This document shows positions 1 through 13,559 of a stretch of DNA of 64,000 nucleotides, in pieces. Under the pieces are notes generated by a model. It did not search any database. It saw nothing but the letters and a program-made list of their open reading frames with translations, and had not been told where the DNA came from. The first letter of the stretch is position 1, and each line of letters starts with the position of its first letter. Both the position numbers and the translations under genes were made by a program. Source of the DNA: Gammaproteobacteria bacterium (GTDB lineage: Bacteria; Pseudomonadota; Gammaproteobacteria; SZUA-229); assembly GCA_029882215.1 (NCBI GenBank), contig JAOULC010000016.1:990-64989 (forward strand), read 5' to 3'.

Positions 1-9
1 ACCCAATAA

Positions 10-33
10 AAAACCCGAACAGAGCCGGGTTTT
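10..33 (-). terminator. Probable intrinsic terminator of the DUF2914 gene
   Basis: AAAACCCG (10-17) / CGGGTTTT (26-33) inverted repeat; A-run on + gives a U-tract on -; 25 bp beyond the stop at 59. Confidence 0.65.
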
Positions 34-58
34 CTATCGAACATATTATTTAGTACTT

Positions 59-511
59 CTAGTTAAGTTTATTTTCTGCCGGTGACTCCATCTGAGTATC
101 GCCGGGTGTTGCCGGTGTGTCCATGGCTTTGACAGGCACATAAGCCATGCTTTCCTCGGCCAGAGTTTTACCTTCCTCATCCACCACCGTCACTATCCAC
201 TCACCAAGCCACTGAGGTTGCAGGTTCTTACTGGACCAGATGCGCCAGCGATCTGATCCCACTTTAAATTTAACTTCCGCTTTTATATCTCCGCTGTGTT
301 CCCAGCGATGAGTCACGGTATGCCCGGCCATTCCTTTTACTTCGGTAAAGAAATAGACTTTTTCAACATCATTGGTTAACTGCCCCAGATTATCAATGGG
401 TTCACGGTTTTCTACACCACTGGTGAACCCTGAACGCGGTATACTTTCTGATGCCGAGACAGCTGTTGATAAAAGCATTACACTCATTGCGATTAAAGAC
501 ATTATTTTCAT
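59..511 (-). CDS. DUF2914-family exported protein
   Basis: Signal peptide MKIMSLIAMSVMLLSTAVSA; motifs V-x-NREP, VYFFTEV, H-RW, RWRIWSSK, GEW-V-V; AAGGAG RBS supports ATG at 511 rather than 604. Confidence 0.75.
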   Translation of the reverse strand: MKIMSLIAMSVMLLSTAVSASESIPRSGFTSGVENREPIDNLGQLTNDVEKVYFFTEVKGMAGHTVTHRWEHSGDIKAEVKFKVGSDRWRIWSSKNLQPQWLGEWIVTVVDEEGKTLAEESMAYVPVKAMDTPATPGDTQMESPAENKLN

Positions 512-718
512 TAGAAACTCCTTGTCATTGCTCTTTTTTTGAGCAACAAAGATTAACATAATAAATCCACTAAAAGAAATACTCCCCGCTTCCGCTATGG
601 CCAAAAGGCGTTTTCAAACGATAGTCGGTTACTGAGTCTGCTCTAGTCAGACACAGTAATCTTTTTATCTTGCTCTTTTATAGCCTGCAGAAGACGAATT
701 ACCAGCAGAAGGGGCAAA

Positions 719-1246
719 CTAATCGTTTTTGTGGCGCCGCTGCAAGCGGACATAATGCTCGGCCGAATACTTAAAATAGTCTTTTTCTTTTTCGGTTAAT
801 TCACGTGCCCGGCGCACGGGATTACCCAGATATAAAAAGCCGCTTTGCAGTTCTTTATTTGGCGGCACCACACTGCCTGCTGCCACTATCACCTGCTTTC
901 TGATGATGGCACCATCCAGCACTGTCGCCGACATGCCAATTAAGCAGCTGTCCTCAATCGTACAGGCATGCAAAACTGCATTGTGGCCCACGGTAACATC
1001 ATTACCGACTAGCAGGCCACGACCGTTGCCCAGAGGACCCTCGTGCGTGACATGCAGGACACTGCCATCCTGAATATTACTTCTGTCACCAATTTGGATT
1101 TTGTTAACATCGCCTCGCAATACAGCCATCGGCCAGACTGAGCTGTCTTTACCCAGTACCACATTACCGCAAACCAGTGCCATTTCATCAACAAAAACAC
1201 CGTCAGCAAGCTCCGGTATCATGCCATCAAAGTCGCGTACTGCCAT
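719..1246 (-). CDS. Gamma-class carbonic anhydrase family protein (YrdA-like)
   Basis: Hexapeptide repeats, LRGDVN, SNIQDGSVLH, VTVGH-AVLHAC Zn-ligand histidines. Confidence 0.9.
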   Translation of the reverse strand: MAVRDFDGMIPELADGVFVDEMALVCGNVVLGKDSSVWPMAVLRGDVNKIQIGDRSNIQDGSVLHVTHEGPLGNGRGLLVGNDVTVGHNAVLHACTIEDSCLIGMSATVLDGAIIRKQVIVAAGSVVPPNKELQSGFLYLGNPVRRARELTEKEKDYFKYSAEHYVRLQRRHKND

Positions 1247-1265
1247 TTTTTACTCTCAAAAATAG

Positions 1266-2645
1266 TTATCGCATCGTTACCAGTTCTTCTGAACTGGTCG
1301 GGTGGATTGCTAGTGTGTCATCGAGGTCGGCTTTGCATGCCCCCATGCGGATAGCCACAGCAAAACCCTGTAGCATTTCATCCGCACCCGGGCCAATAAT
1401 ATGACAACCAATGACTTTTTCCTGCGGCCCAACCACCACCAGCTTCATGGCTGTTTCAACTTTGTGCTCAGTCATTGCGTTATACATCGCAGTAAAGCGT
1501 GTGCTATACACTTTTACTGCCGAGCCATGCTCTTCTTTGGCTTCTTCTTCTGTTAAACCGACTGTGCCGATTGGCGGATGACTAAACACCACTGTTGGAA
1601 TTAAATCGTAATTTAAATGCCGTCCTTCCATGCCGCCATATAATCTGTCAGCCATTCTTCTGCCGGCAGCAATGGCAACCGGTGTCAGCTGAGCACGGCG
1701 GGTAACATCTCCCAGTGAATACAGGTTATCAATATTAGTTTCCTGAAAATCATTACACGGCACATAACCGTCGCAATCCATATCCACACCGGTAAGCTCG
1801 ATGTTCATACCCTCGGTATTAGGCTCACGCCCTATCGCCCATATCACCTGATCAAAGCCTTCCGTGCGCTTGCCCTGTTCGCACACTAATGTTAACGAGC
1901 CGTTGTCCTCTTTGATCAGTTCAGCCACCTGAGTACGCGCCATCAGATCAACGCCATCATTCACCATGGCTTCCATCAGGCTTTCACGCAGCATGGCATC
2001 GAAGCTGCGCAGGAACTGTCCTTTACGAATAAATAAAGCCACATCAGTGCCCAGACTGTTCAGCACACCGGCAATTTCAACCGCAATATAACCGGCACCG
2101 ACTACCGCTACTTTTTTAGGCTGAGTTTCTAAAGCAAAAAAACCATCTGAAGTAATGCCGTAATCGGCACCCGGGATATCCGGTACCGTGGGCTTGGTGC
2201 CCGGTGAAATCACAATTTTATCGGCTGTGATCTGTTTGCCATCGACATCCAGCGTATGTGCATCGACGAATTTTGCATAGCCCTGGATTTCATCAATCTT
2301 CGAGTCTTTCAGATAACTGTGATACCAGCTATTGATACCGCTAATATAGTCTTCACGTTTTTTAACCAGTGCTGACCAGTCAAAGCCATTATTAGTCACA
2401 TCAAAACCGTAGTCTTTAGCATGCTCGATTGAGTGCGCCAGAGAACCGCCAAACCACATTACTTTTTTCGGCACGCAGCCCACGTTCACACAGGTACCGC
2501 CAATCTTACCGGCCTCGACCACAGCGCACTTTGCACCGTATAAAGCCGCTCGTTCAGCAACTGAGAGTCCACCACTGCCGCCGCCAATGGCAATCAGGTC
2601 GTAGTCATAGCTGTGTTTTTTTATGTTTGCAGTTTGATCAGTCAT
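1266..2645 (-). CDS. gor: Glutathione-disulfide reductase
   Basis: GGGSGG FAD motif, [13 protein letters not shown] redox disulfide, [19 protein letters not shown]-terminal HPTSSEE. Confidence 0.93.
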   Translation of the reverse strand: MTDQTANIKKHSYDYDLIAIGGGSGGLSVAERAALYGAKCAVVEAGKIGGTCVNVGCVPKKVMWFGGSLAHSIEHAKDYGFDVTNNGFDWSALVKKREDYISGINSWYHSYLKDSKIDEIQGYAKFVDAHTLDVDGKQITADKIVISPGTKPTVPDIPGADYGITSDGFFALETQPKKVAVVGAGYIAVEIAGVLNSLGTDVALFIRKGQFLRSFDAMLRESLMEAMVNDGVDLMARTQVAELIKEDNGSLTLVCEQGKRTEGFDQVIWAIGREPNTEGMNIELTGVDMDCDGYVPCNDFQETNIDNLYSLGDVTRRAQLTPVAIAAGRRMADRLYGGMEGRHLNYDLIPTVVFSHPPIGTVGLTEEEAKEEHGSAVKVYSTRFTAMYNAMTEHKVETAMKLVVVGPQEKVIGCHIIGPGADEMLQGFAVAIRMGACKADLDDTLAIHPTSSEELVTMR

Positions 2646-2706
2646 AGCGGCTCTTATTTATTAGCGAGTAGTCAGGTAATATAGTGTTCTTTTAAAATAA
2701 TTATAC

Positions 2707-3633
2707 ATGGGATTTTGCTTGTTCATGGTCATTTTCCGATATTTACGAAAACTTGCCAATCACTCCGATAACCCGATTGTTCAGCAACTGGAAAACTATG
2801 CTTACCTGATTCGTTTAGACCGCCCTATTGGTATTTTGTTACTGCTCTGGCCAACACTATGGGCGCTGTGGATTGCCGCTGAAGGGGTGCCCCATATCGG
2901 GGTTTTAATTGTTTTCACACTCGGCGTCATTTTCATGCGCTCAGCTGGCTGCGCCATTAATGACTATGCCGACCGTAAAGTTGATGGCAAAGTCAGCCGC
3001 ACCAAGAGCCGGCCGATTGTCAGCGGCAAGGTTACACCGAAAGAGGCGCTCTGGGTTTTTATCTGCCTCACGATTTGCTCATTTCTGCTGGTGTTATTCA
3101 TGAATAAACTCACCATTTATTTATCATTTGCCGGCGCGGCGCTGGCAGCCAGCTACCCGTTCATGAAACGCTACCATTTTTTGCCTCAGGTACACCTTGG
3201 CGCCGCTTTTGGCTGGGCCGTACCGATGGCTTATGCCGCTCAAAGCAATGAAATCACAACCATTGCCTGGTTACTGTTTCTGGCGACCGTTTTATGGGCC
3301 ACCGCTTACGACACCATGTACGGCATGGCTGACCGTGAAGATGACATCAAAATCGGCGTAAAATCAACCGCCATTTTATTTGGTGACGCCGACTGGATCC
3401 TGATTGGTGTTATTCAGCTGATGTTAGTCCTTACCCTGCTCTTAATAGGCAGCCGTGCCGAAATGGGTATGTATTATTATTTGGCAGTATTCATTGCCAG
3501 CCTGCTGGCTGTTTACCAGCAGTACCTGATCGCAGACCGTGACCCTAAAATGTGTATTGAGGCTTTTTTAAACAATAACTGGTTCGGCATGGTGGTATTC
3601 ATTGGCATTGTGCTGGACTACGCTGGCCGATAA
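2707..3633 (+). CDS. ubiA: 4-hydroxybenzoate octaprenyltransferase
   Basis: RLDRPIGILLLLWP, RSAGCAINDYADR, YDTMY-MADREDD, GVKSTAILFG; exact start uncertain. Confidence 0.95.
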   Translation: MGFCLFMVIFRYLRKLANHSDNPIVQQLENYAYLIRLDRPIGILLLLWPTLWALWIAAEGVPHIGVLIVFTLGVIFMRSAGCAINDYADRKVDGKVSRTKSRPIVSGKVTPKEALWVFICLTICSFLLVLFMNKLTIYLSFAGAALAASYPFMKRYHFLPQVHLGAAFGWAVPMAYAAQSNEITTIAWLLFLATVLWATAYDTMYGMADREDDIKIGVKSTAILFGDADWILIGVIQLMLVLTLLLIGSRAEMGMYYYLAVFIASLLAVYQQYLIADRDPKMCIEAFLNNNWFGMVVFIGIVLDYAGR

Positions 3634-3709
3634 TCGCCTCTATCAATAGAGACATCAGGCGAACTTCGTTACAATACAGCCCGACACCAACCTGACAAGA
3701 GACCAACTG

Positions 3710-4354
3710 ATGCAAGATTATCAACGCAAATTTATTGAACTCGCTATGACCAGCAAGGTACTTCGTTTTGGTGAGTTCACCTTAAAATCCGGTCGCGTCA
3801 GTCCTTATTTTTTTAATGCCGGTTTATTCAATAGTGGCAATGCCCTTGCTGAACTGGGGCGCTGTTATGCGCAGGCGGTTGTTGACAGCGGTATTCAGTT
3901 CGATGTGCTATTCGGCCCGGCCTATAAAGGCATACCGGTCGCCGCGGTAACGGTAATGGCCCTGGCTACTGAGCATGGTATCGACATGCCCTATGCCTTT
4001 AACCGTAAAGAAGCCAAAGCACATGGTGAAGGTGGCAATATTGTCGGCGCGCCATTAGCCGGCAAGCGCGTACTAATTATTGATGATGTGATCACTGCGG
4101 GCACGGCTATTCGCGAAGCAGTTGATATTATCAAGGCAGAACAAGCAGAGCCGGTCGGTGTATTAATCGCACTGGATCGTCAGGAAAAAGGTCAGGGTGA
4201 CATCTCTGCGGTGCAGGAAGTTGAACGCGACTTCGCTATCACGGTTTCCAATATTGTCACCATGCAAAACCTGATCAGCTTTTTATCAGAAGATGATTCA
4301 CAGGCAGACATGCTGAAACTGATGATGGATTATCGTCAGCAATACGGGATTTAA
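3710..4354 (+). CDS. pyrE: Orotate phosphoribosyltransferase
   Basis: [29 protein letters not shown]-binding [11 protein letters not shown]. Confidence 0.97.
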   Translation: MQDYQRKFIELAMTSKVLRFGEFTLKSGRVSPYFFNAGLFNSGNALAELGRCYAQAVVDSGIQFDVLFGPAYKGIPVAAVTVMALATEHGIDMPYAFNRKEAKAHGEGGNIVGAPLAGKRVLIIDDVITAGTAIREAVDIIKAEQAEPVGVLIALDRQEKGQGDISAVQEVERDFAITVSNIVTMQNLISFLSEDDSQADMLKLMMDYRQQYGI

Positions 4355-4435
4355 TAGCCGGCTAAAAAATTGCCTGACGACATAATACTTAGCACAAGGT
4401 GCCAGCCTCTGACACCTTGATCATACTCAACTAAA

Positions 4436-4460
4436 TACAGAGCACTGTACAGAGCACTGT
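4436..4460. repeat. 12-bp tandem direct repeat (TACAGAGCACTG x2)
   Basis: Two exact adjacent copies at 4436-4447 and 4448-4459, in the gap between convergent pyrE and TauE genes. Confidence 0.8.
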
Positions 4461-4462
4461 CG

Positions 4463-5239
4463 CTAACTAAAAATCAGCTTAAGACCGACCAGCATCGTTA
4501 TCACCTCAAACACCCGCTTAATCAAATAATTGCTTTTCTTAATACTGATATGTGCGCCGGCATAGCCACCGATAAAAGATCCGAGTATCAACGCCGGTAA
4601 CCAGTCCCATTGAATGGAGCCCAGCAAACCCAAGGTGATGGCACCGGCACCATTCCAGAACAAACCTACCAAAATCAGGGTATAGGCAACAGCCCGTTTA
4701 TAATCCAGACCAAACCATTTAACTAACCACAGCGTTACAAAAAGTCCTGTACCGGATGTCAGAGAGCCATTAAGCACGCCAATCGCAAATAGCACCAGCC
4801 CGCCAATCAGATAACCCAATGAATCCCGGTGTTTCACATCCAGCATCTGACCCAGTTGCTTTTGCAAAAAAGAATAAAGCGCCAGACATATTGTTAAGCC
4901 GCCTAATGCCAGTTCGGCCAAGCGGTCAGGTATATCCAGTATTAACACAGCACCCAGTATGACCCCGGGCAAGCCTGTCGCCAGAATAAAAACAGCGAAC
5001 TGTCTCTCAAGCGCCCCCTCTCTCAGATGTCTGACTGTGGCACCCACACCCAGAGCCACACTGGCCACTTTATGTGTAGCCAGTGCCGTACTAAATGTTA
5101 AACCGAGAAAAATAATAGCAGGCAGCTGTAATAGACCGGCGCCACCACCTGCCATTGCCGAGAACAGGTTCGCAGTAATCGAGATAATTAACAGTATTAT
5201 TTGATTGAATAATTCTTGCATAGTGACTATTTTATCCAC
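4463..5239 (-). CDS. Sulfite exporter TauE/SafE family membrane protein
   Basis: About 8 hydrophobic segments; GGGAGLL-LP motif repeated as SGTGLF; start may be 5221 (MQELF). Confidence 0.85.
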   Translation of the reverse strand: MDKIVTMQELFNQIILLIISITANLFSAMAGGGAGLLQLPAIIFLGLTFSTALATHKVASVALGVGATVRHLREGALERQFAVFILATGLPGVILGAVLILDIPDRLAELALGGLTICLALYSFLQKQLGQMLDVKHRDSLGYLIGGLVLFAIGVLNGSLTSGTGLFVTLWLVKWFGLDYKRAVAYTLILVGLFWNGAGAITLGLLGSIQWDWLPALILGSFIGGYAGAHISIKKSNYLIKRVFEVITMLVGLKLIFS

Positions 5240-5307
5240 AACAGGCTTAAGAAATTACGCTATAATCTTTGCAAATAGAGATATCAGATAAAGGAATTGC
5301 CATCTTC

Positions 5308-8273
<2,966 letters not shown>

Positions 8274-8358
8274 AGTGTTACAACTCAAAGAATGAACTCG
8301 TTATTAAATATTTAAATAATATATTGTTTAAAAAACAACGTGAAGCTAAGTCTGACGG

Positions 8359-8814
8359 TTACTTTTTTCCGGTACTTCCAAAACCACCTTCACCACGGTC
8401 ACTGTCGGCAAACTCTTCAACCTGTTCAAACTCCACCTGTACAACGGGCACGAATACAAGCTGAGCAATGCGGTCACCGCATTCAATTTCAAATTCTTTA
8501 TCACCACGGTTCCACATTGATACAAACAGTTGACCCTGATAATCGGAATCAATCAGACCCACCAGATTACCCAGCACTATGCCGTGTTTATGACCCAGAC
8601 CAGAGCGCGGTAAAATTGTCGCGGCCAAGCTATTATCAGCAATATGGATCGCAATACCTGTTGGAATCAACTCGGTCTGACCCGGCTTTAATAATATTTT
8701 CTGATCAATACAGGCCCGCAGATCCATACCGGCTGAACCGTCTGTTGTATATGCCGGTAAAGGAATCTCATTACCTATGCGCTGATCTAAAACTTTTAAC
8801 TGTATTTTACTCAT
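8359..8814 (-). CDS. dut: dUTP diphosphatase
   Basis: [34 protein letters not shown]. Confidence 0.97.
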   Translation of the reverse strand: MSKIQLKVLDQRIGNEIPLPAYTTDGSAGMDLRACIDQKILLKPGQTELIPTGIAIHIADNSLAATILPRSGLGHKHGIVLGNLVGLIDSDYQGQLFVSMWNRGDKEFEIECGDRIAQLVFVPVVQVEFEQVEEFADSDRGEGGFGSTGKK

Positions 8815-10030
8815 GCTGTTCCGTTATTTTTTCATCATTAATATAGTGGCTGGCAATCAGACCAATCAGTTCTGTTGCCAGTCTTGTTTTTGTCGACTTT
8901 TCAAATTCTGTCGTGCTGTTAGCGCTGAAAACCGTTGCGCTATTATAATCACTATTAAATCCAGAGTCTGATTTATCCACTCTGTTAGCGACGATCATAT
9001 CCAGCTGTTTAGACTCTAGTTTTTGCTTAGCATATTGTTCTAGATTTTCAGTTTCCGCCGCAAAGCCAACGCAAAAAGGTCTGTTCTGTAGACTGGCAAC
9101 CATCGCCAATATATCGGGGTTTTTGACTAACTCGAGCGTGATAGTATCAGCGTGTTTTTTTATTTTCTGGCCTTCAATTGCCCGCGGGCGATAATCCGCC
9201 ACTGCTGCCACCGCAATAAAAATATCGATTTCATTAATATTGCGCTGTACTGCCGCTAGCATTTGTGCGGCGGATTCGACACGGCTCAGCTGTATACGCT
9301 CGCTTACTTCGAGTGAACACGGCCCACTCACCAGTTCAACACTGGCACCGGCTTCCAGCGCTGCATGAGCAATCGCGTAACCCATTTTGCCGGAACTATG
9401 ATTACTGATATAGCGCACCGGGTCTATGGCCTCACGAGTTGGCCCGGCCGTTAGCATGACACGAATACCACTGAGTGTTTTTTGCTTAAACAATGATGCC
9501 AGCTTTTCAGTCATCTCTTCGGCCTCCAGCATTCTTCCTTCGCCCACATCACCACAGGCCTGTTGTCCGGCTGCCGGGCCAAAAATTTCTATATTTCTGG
9601 ATTTTAAAATCTGCAAATTCTTCTGCGTAGCTTGATTTGACCACATCGCCTGATTCATTGCAGGAGCCAGTGCAACCGGTGCCTTACTGGCCAGACAAAC
9701 TGCCGTTAATAAGTCTCCGGCCTCGCCACCAGCCAGACGGGCCATACTGTTGGCAGTAGCGGGTGCTATCACAATCGCATCGGCCCAGCGCGCCAGTTCA
9801 ATGTGCCCCATCGCCGCTTCAGCTTGCGGATCTAAAAGACTTGTATGCACCGGATTGCCTGATATGGCCTGAAAAGTCAGCGCCGTGACAAACTCTTGCG
9901 CTGACTCGGTCATTATCACCTGTACATTAGCGCCCTGATCTTTTAGACGACGCACCAGTGTGACACTTTTATAAGCTGCGATGCCACCCGTTACGCCCAG
10001 CAGAATATTTTTATTATGGAAGAAATTCAT
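8807..10030 (-). CDS. coaBC: Bifunctional phosphopantothenoylcysteine decarboxylase/ligase
   Basis: [57 protein letters not shown]. Confidence 0.97.
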   Translation of the reverse strand: MNFFHNKNILLGVTGGIAAYKSVTLVRRLKDQGANVQVIMTESAQEFVTALTFQAISGNPVHTSLLDPQAEAAMGHIELARWADAIVIAPATANSMARLAGGEAGDLLTAVCLASKAPVALAPAMNQAMWSNQATQKNLQILKSRNIEIFGPAAGQQACGDVGEGRMLEAEEMTEKLASLFKQKTLSGIRVMLTAGPTREAIDPVRYISNHSSGKMGYAIAHAALEAGASVELVSGPCSLEVSERIQLSRVESAAQMLAAVQRNINEIDIFIAVAAVADYRPRAIEGQKIKKHADTITLELVKNPDILAMVASLQNRPFCVGFAAETENLEQYAKQKLESKQLDMIVANRVDKSDSGFNSDYNSATVFSANSTTEFEKSTKTRLATELIGLIASHYINDEKITEQHE

Positions 10031-10173
10031 AGCGTCACAGTTTAACAGATTCATTTGTCATAGTGGAAAATACACTATTATCAGACTTTTCCGACAGTGC
10101 ATGCAGTGAATCACAGATAATATATCTGCTCAAGACAAGCATCAACACTATCGAACTGATTCACGGAGGAATC

Positions 10174-10845
10174 ATGCCAATAAGTGACTGGCCAGCCAGT
10201 GAACGCCCCAGAGAAAAACTATTAGAACGTGGAAGCCAGGCTCTCAGTGATGCAGAGCTGCTGGCTATTTTCCTGCGCACAGGTGTCAAAGGAAAATCAG
10301 CCGTCGATTTAGCGCGAGAGTTACTCAACAGTTTTGGCAGCCTGAGAAACTTACTCTGTGCAAATCAGAATGGCTTTTGTCTTCATCATGGCCTTGGCCC
10401 GGCAAAATTTGCTCAGCTTCAGGCGGTACTGGAAATGGCAAAAAGACACCTGTTTGAACAGTTACAGCGGGGCGATGCACTGGAAAATCCTGAACACACT
10501 AAAAATTACCTTGCCTCTCAGCTGCGCCCCTACAAACACGAAGTATTTGCTGCCTTATTTCTTGATAACCGCCATCGCGTCATCCGCTTTGATGAACTAT
10601 TCAAAGGCACCATAGACGGAGCCAGCGTATACCCCAGAGAAGTGGTTAAAAAAGCCATGAGCTATAACGCCGCTGCGGTTATCTTTGCACACAATCACCC
10701 TTCCGGAGTGGCTGAACCCAGTCAGGCCGACCGCAACATCACCAACCGGCTGCGCGATGCTCTTGCACTGGTTGATGTCAGGGTACTGGATCATATCGTG
10801 GTAGGGGATGAGCTGATTTCATTTGCGGAGCGAGGCTATTTATAA
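10174..10845 (+). CDS. radC: RadC family JAB-domain protein
   Basis: [14 protein letters not shown]-x-PS-x-D, LDHIVVG; GGAGG RBS before ATG 10174; divergent from coaBC. Confidence 0.95.
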   Translation: MPISDWPASERPREKLLERGSQALSDAELLAIFLRTGVKGKSAVDLARELLNSFGSLRNLLCANQNGFCLHHGLGPAKFAQLQAVLEMAKRHLFEQLQRGDALENPEHTKNYLASQLRPYKHEVFAALFLDNRHRVIRFDELFKGTIDGASVYPREVVKKAMSYNAAAVIFAHNHPSGVAEPSQADRNITNRLRDALALVDVRVLDHIVVGDELISFAERGYL

Positions 10846-10899
10846 CCGTTAGTTAAAAACAATAAAATATTGACGCTTCAGTAAGGGCTAAAGGCTTGT

Positions 10900-11250
10900 T
10901 TATTTTGGCGTTTTAATCGAGCCCCAGTTAAATGTTTTAATATGATAATTTTTGCTATTCTGTTCACTTTGCGGCTGATAACTGCCGGGCAACCAGAGAC
11001 GTTTTCCGGCAATCAGTCGATCCGGATCTTTATTGATAAAAGCTTCCGGGTTGTTATCCAGCATTAAAATTTGGCAGGCCAGTCTTGAGCGCTGATTGAT
11101 ATTGTTTAATTGCTGACAAATCTGGCCAAGTGTCTGCCCGCTTTGCACATCCCAGTGCCTTTGCCCATTTTCATAAACCTGAACCCGTTTGCTGCCTGCT
11201 TCTGCAGACAACGCCAGTATAAACAGAACAAAGAGACTAAGTACTTTCAT
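10900..11250 (-). CDS. Small exported protein with FimV-type LysM-like domain
   Basis: Signal peptide; WDVQSGQTLGQI...NNPEAFINKDPDRLIAGKRLWLP resembles the FimV LysM core. Confidence 0.6.
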   Translation of the reverse strand: MKVLSLFVLFILALSAEAGSKRVQVYENGQRHWDVQSGQTLGQICQQLNNINQRSRLACQILMLDNNPEAFINKDPDRLIAGKRLWLPGSYQPQSEQNSKNYHIKTFNWGSIKTPK

Positions 11251-11474
11251 AAATATTCTTCTGCGGTTTTTAACTCTACAGACAACTTACCACTATGTCA
11301 GTCCTTTTAAAACCAGACAATAATAATTTATGAGATCAGTTCTGCTACCCGGGGCCGTACTTACGACTGCGTTTTACCCCGATCACCAGTTAAGAGCTAT
11401 ATGCCATAATGAATTATTTATTATGGTTTGCTTTAAAGGTGATTACACCCTCTAATAAATTTATTCGTGCACAA

Positions 11475-11503
11475 AAAAAAGCCCTGCTATACAGGGCTTT
11501 TTT
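11475..11503 (-). terminator. Intrinsic terminator of the outer-membrane beta-barrel gene
   Basis: AAAAAAGCCCTG-CTATA-CAGGGCTTTTTT, 20 bp past the stop. Confidence 0.85.
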
Positions 11504-11522
11504 AAAACTTTAACGCTTACGA

Positions 11523-12170
11523 TTAGAAAGTGTAAGTTAACGCTAAGTAAGTACCGTCAAATTCAAGATTATTTGTATTTGGCAGGCTTTCTTTTAAGTC
11601 CATGGTCACTGTGCGCTGACCCAGTTCTACACCTACACCAGCTAACAGCTCGTAACGAACACGAATTTTCAGGTCATTAATACCATTATCATCAAGGCCG
11701 ATGTCTTTGCTCATTTCCATACCCACTGATAAACCAGTGATAGGAACAATCACTTCTGCCGAGGCATACAACAGGTAAGCTGTATCGGTAAATGCGGCTG
11801 AATCATAGCTTCCATCAAATGCACGTGCCGTCAAACCCACGTCAACTGATACAAAATTATCCAGAATTTCATAGTAAAGAATGCTGTCAACGTGGCTCAG
11901 GTCAACCAGACTGGCGCCAGTACCTACAGCCATATCTGAAATCTGTAATTTCACATTGGGTACAAACGGAATGGGGTGCTCGAAAGCGAAATAGCTAACG
12001 GTGTTATCACCATCTAAGCCTGTAGCATCTATAGAACCAGCGGTACCGGTTGTTTCTGACTGCCAGACGTAAACACCCGCATCAAAACCCAGAAGCATGG
12101 CTGCATTGGCAGAAAAAGAACTAGTGGCTAACACTAGCGGTAAACAAAGGGCTAATAACTGTTTTTTCAT
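11523..12170 (-). CDS. Outer-membrane beta-barrel protein (TIGR04219-like)
   Basis: Signal peptide, FEHPIPFVPNVKL, D-ILYYEILDN motifs, C-terminal Y-x-F. Confidence 0.8.
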   Translation of the reverse strand: MKKQLLALCLPLVLATSSFSANAAMLLGFDAGVYVWQSETTGTAGSIDATGLDGDNTVSYFAFEHPIPFVPNVKLQISDMAVGTGASLVDLSHVDSILYYEILDNFVSVDVGLTARAFDGSYDSAAFTDTAYLLYASAEVIVPITGLSVGMEMSKDIGLDDNGINDLKIRVRYELLAGVGVELGQRTVTMDLKESLPNTNNLEFDGTYLALTYTF

Positions 12171-12390
12171 GATTACTCCTCGTTCCTAAAACATTTACTA
12201 TTTCAGGAGGTTATATGCGAATTCTAATGCTCAAGTTTAGATGATCAGCTATCAGTTTACCAATATCAATTACACTAATTCAGTATTTTCATCAGCAAAC
12301 TAATAACTCTTGTCTGTTTTTTTATTCCGGTCTGGCTTGCGCCTATCGTATAACACGCTACTAAGTGATGAAACGTTCCAATAAAGATAC

Positions 12391-13542
12391 TTATTTTTTA
12401 ATTTTTTCCAGCGCATCTAGTAACTGATTTAGCTGTGCAACACTGTGCTCTGCATTAAAGGTAATACGGAGTCGCGCCGTACCGGGTTCTACAGTTGGCG
12501 GACGAATAGCACCAACATGCACCCCGAGCTTGAGCAATTGCTGACTAAGCTGCATGGCCTGATGACTGTCACCAATTACAATCGGTTGAATGGGCGTTAT
12601 AGAGTCCATTAATTCATAGCCCATTTGCGCAACCGACTGCCTGAACTGCTTTATTAGCTCAGCCAGATGCTCACGCCGCCAGTTTTCGGATTGCACCAGT
12701 TTTATACTGGCACGCGTCGCCTCAGCCAGCGCCGGCGGCGAAGCAGTAGTATAAATATAGCTCCGCGCATTCTGAATCAGTGTTTCGATGATATCCTCAT
12801 CCGCGGCAACAAAGGCCCCGGCTGTACCACACGCTTTGCCTAGTGTTGCCATTAAAATCGGCACCTCTGACTGGCCTAAGCCCAAGTATTCAATGCAACC
12901 CCGGCCTTGCTCACCTAATACGCCAAAGCCATGTGCATCATCAACCATTAAGTACGCATCGTGTTGCTGACAGCTTTTTGCCAGTGCAGGCAAGGGTGCA
13001 ATATCGCCATCCATACTGAAAACCCCGTCAGTTAACAGCATTTTCTCTTTCGCCGCATACTTCTCGAGCTTTTTTTCTGCATCGCTAACATCGGCATGAG
13101 CAAAGCGGCTAAAACGAGCGCCTGATAACAGTCCGGCATCGAGCAAAGAAGCATGGTTTAAACGGTCTTCCAAAACCACATCGCCGCGCCCCATCAATCC
13201 CTGGGCCACGCCAAGATTGGCCATATATCCGGTGGAAAATAATAAACAGCGGGGATAACCCGTGAATTCGGCCAGCTCTTCTTCCAGCGCGTGATGCGCA
13301 GCACTGTGACCATTGATTAGATGTGCAGCACCACTACCCGTGCCATAACGATCGATGCCTTTTTTAAAAGCCGCGTTAATCTCCGAATGATTGGCCAGCC
13401 CAAGGTAATTATTAGAGCAGAAGTTGATGACTTTTTTGCCATCAATGATCAGCTCAGCAGCTTGTGCCCCCTCGATAACTTTGCGCTGCCGGTAGAGGCC
13501 TTGCTCTTTTTTCTGCTGTAACTGATCTTTAAGTGATTTCAC
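12391..13542 (-). CDS. bioF: 8-amino-7-oxononanoate synthase
   Basis: NFCSNNYLGLA, DRLNHASL, DGVFSMDGD, VDDAHG, TLGKA (PLP Lys), IRPPTV. Confidence 0.96.
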   Translation of the reverse strand: MKSLKDQLQQKKEQGLYRQRKVIEGAQAAELIIDGKKVINFCSNNYLGLANHSEINAAFKKGIDRYGTGSGAAHLINGHSAAHHALEEELAEFTGYPRCLLFSTGYMANLGVAQGLMGRGDVVLEDRLNHASLLDAGLLSGARFSRFAHADVSDAEKKLEKYAAKEKMLLTDGVFSMDGDIAPLPALAKSCQQHDAYLMVDDAHGFGVLGEQGRGCIEYLGLGQSEVPILMATLGKACGTAGAFVAADEDIIETLIQNARSYIYTTASPPALAEATRASIKLVQSENWRREHLAELIKQFRQSVAQMGYELMDSITPIQPIVIGDSHQAMQLSQQLLKLGVHVGAIRPPTVEPGTARLRITFNAEHSVAQLNQLLDALEKIKK

Positions 13543-13559
13543 TAAGCACTATTTGAGAT

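Noticed and set aside
10174-10845. radC as a marker of a mobile element
   Set aside because: Full-length form divergent from coaBC is the usual chromosomal arrangement; no integrase or mobile genes nearby
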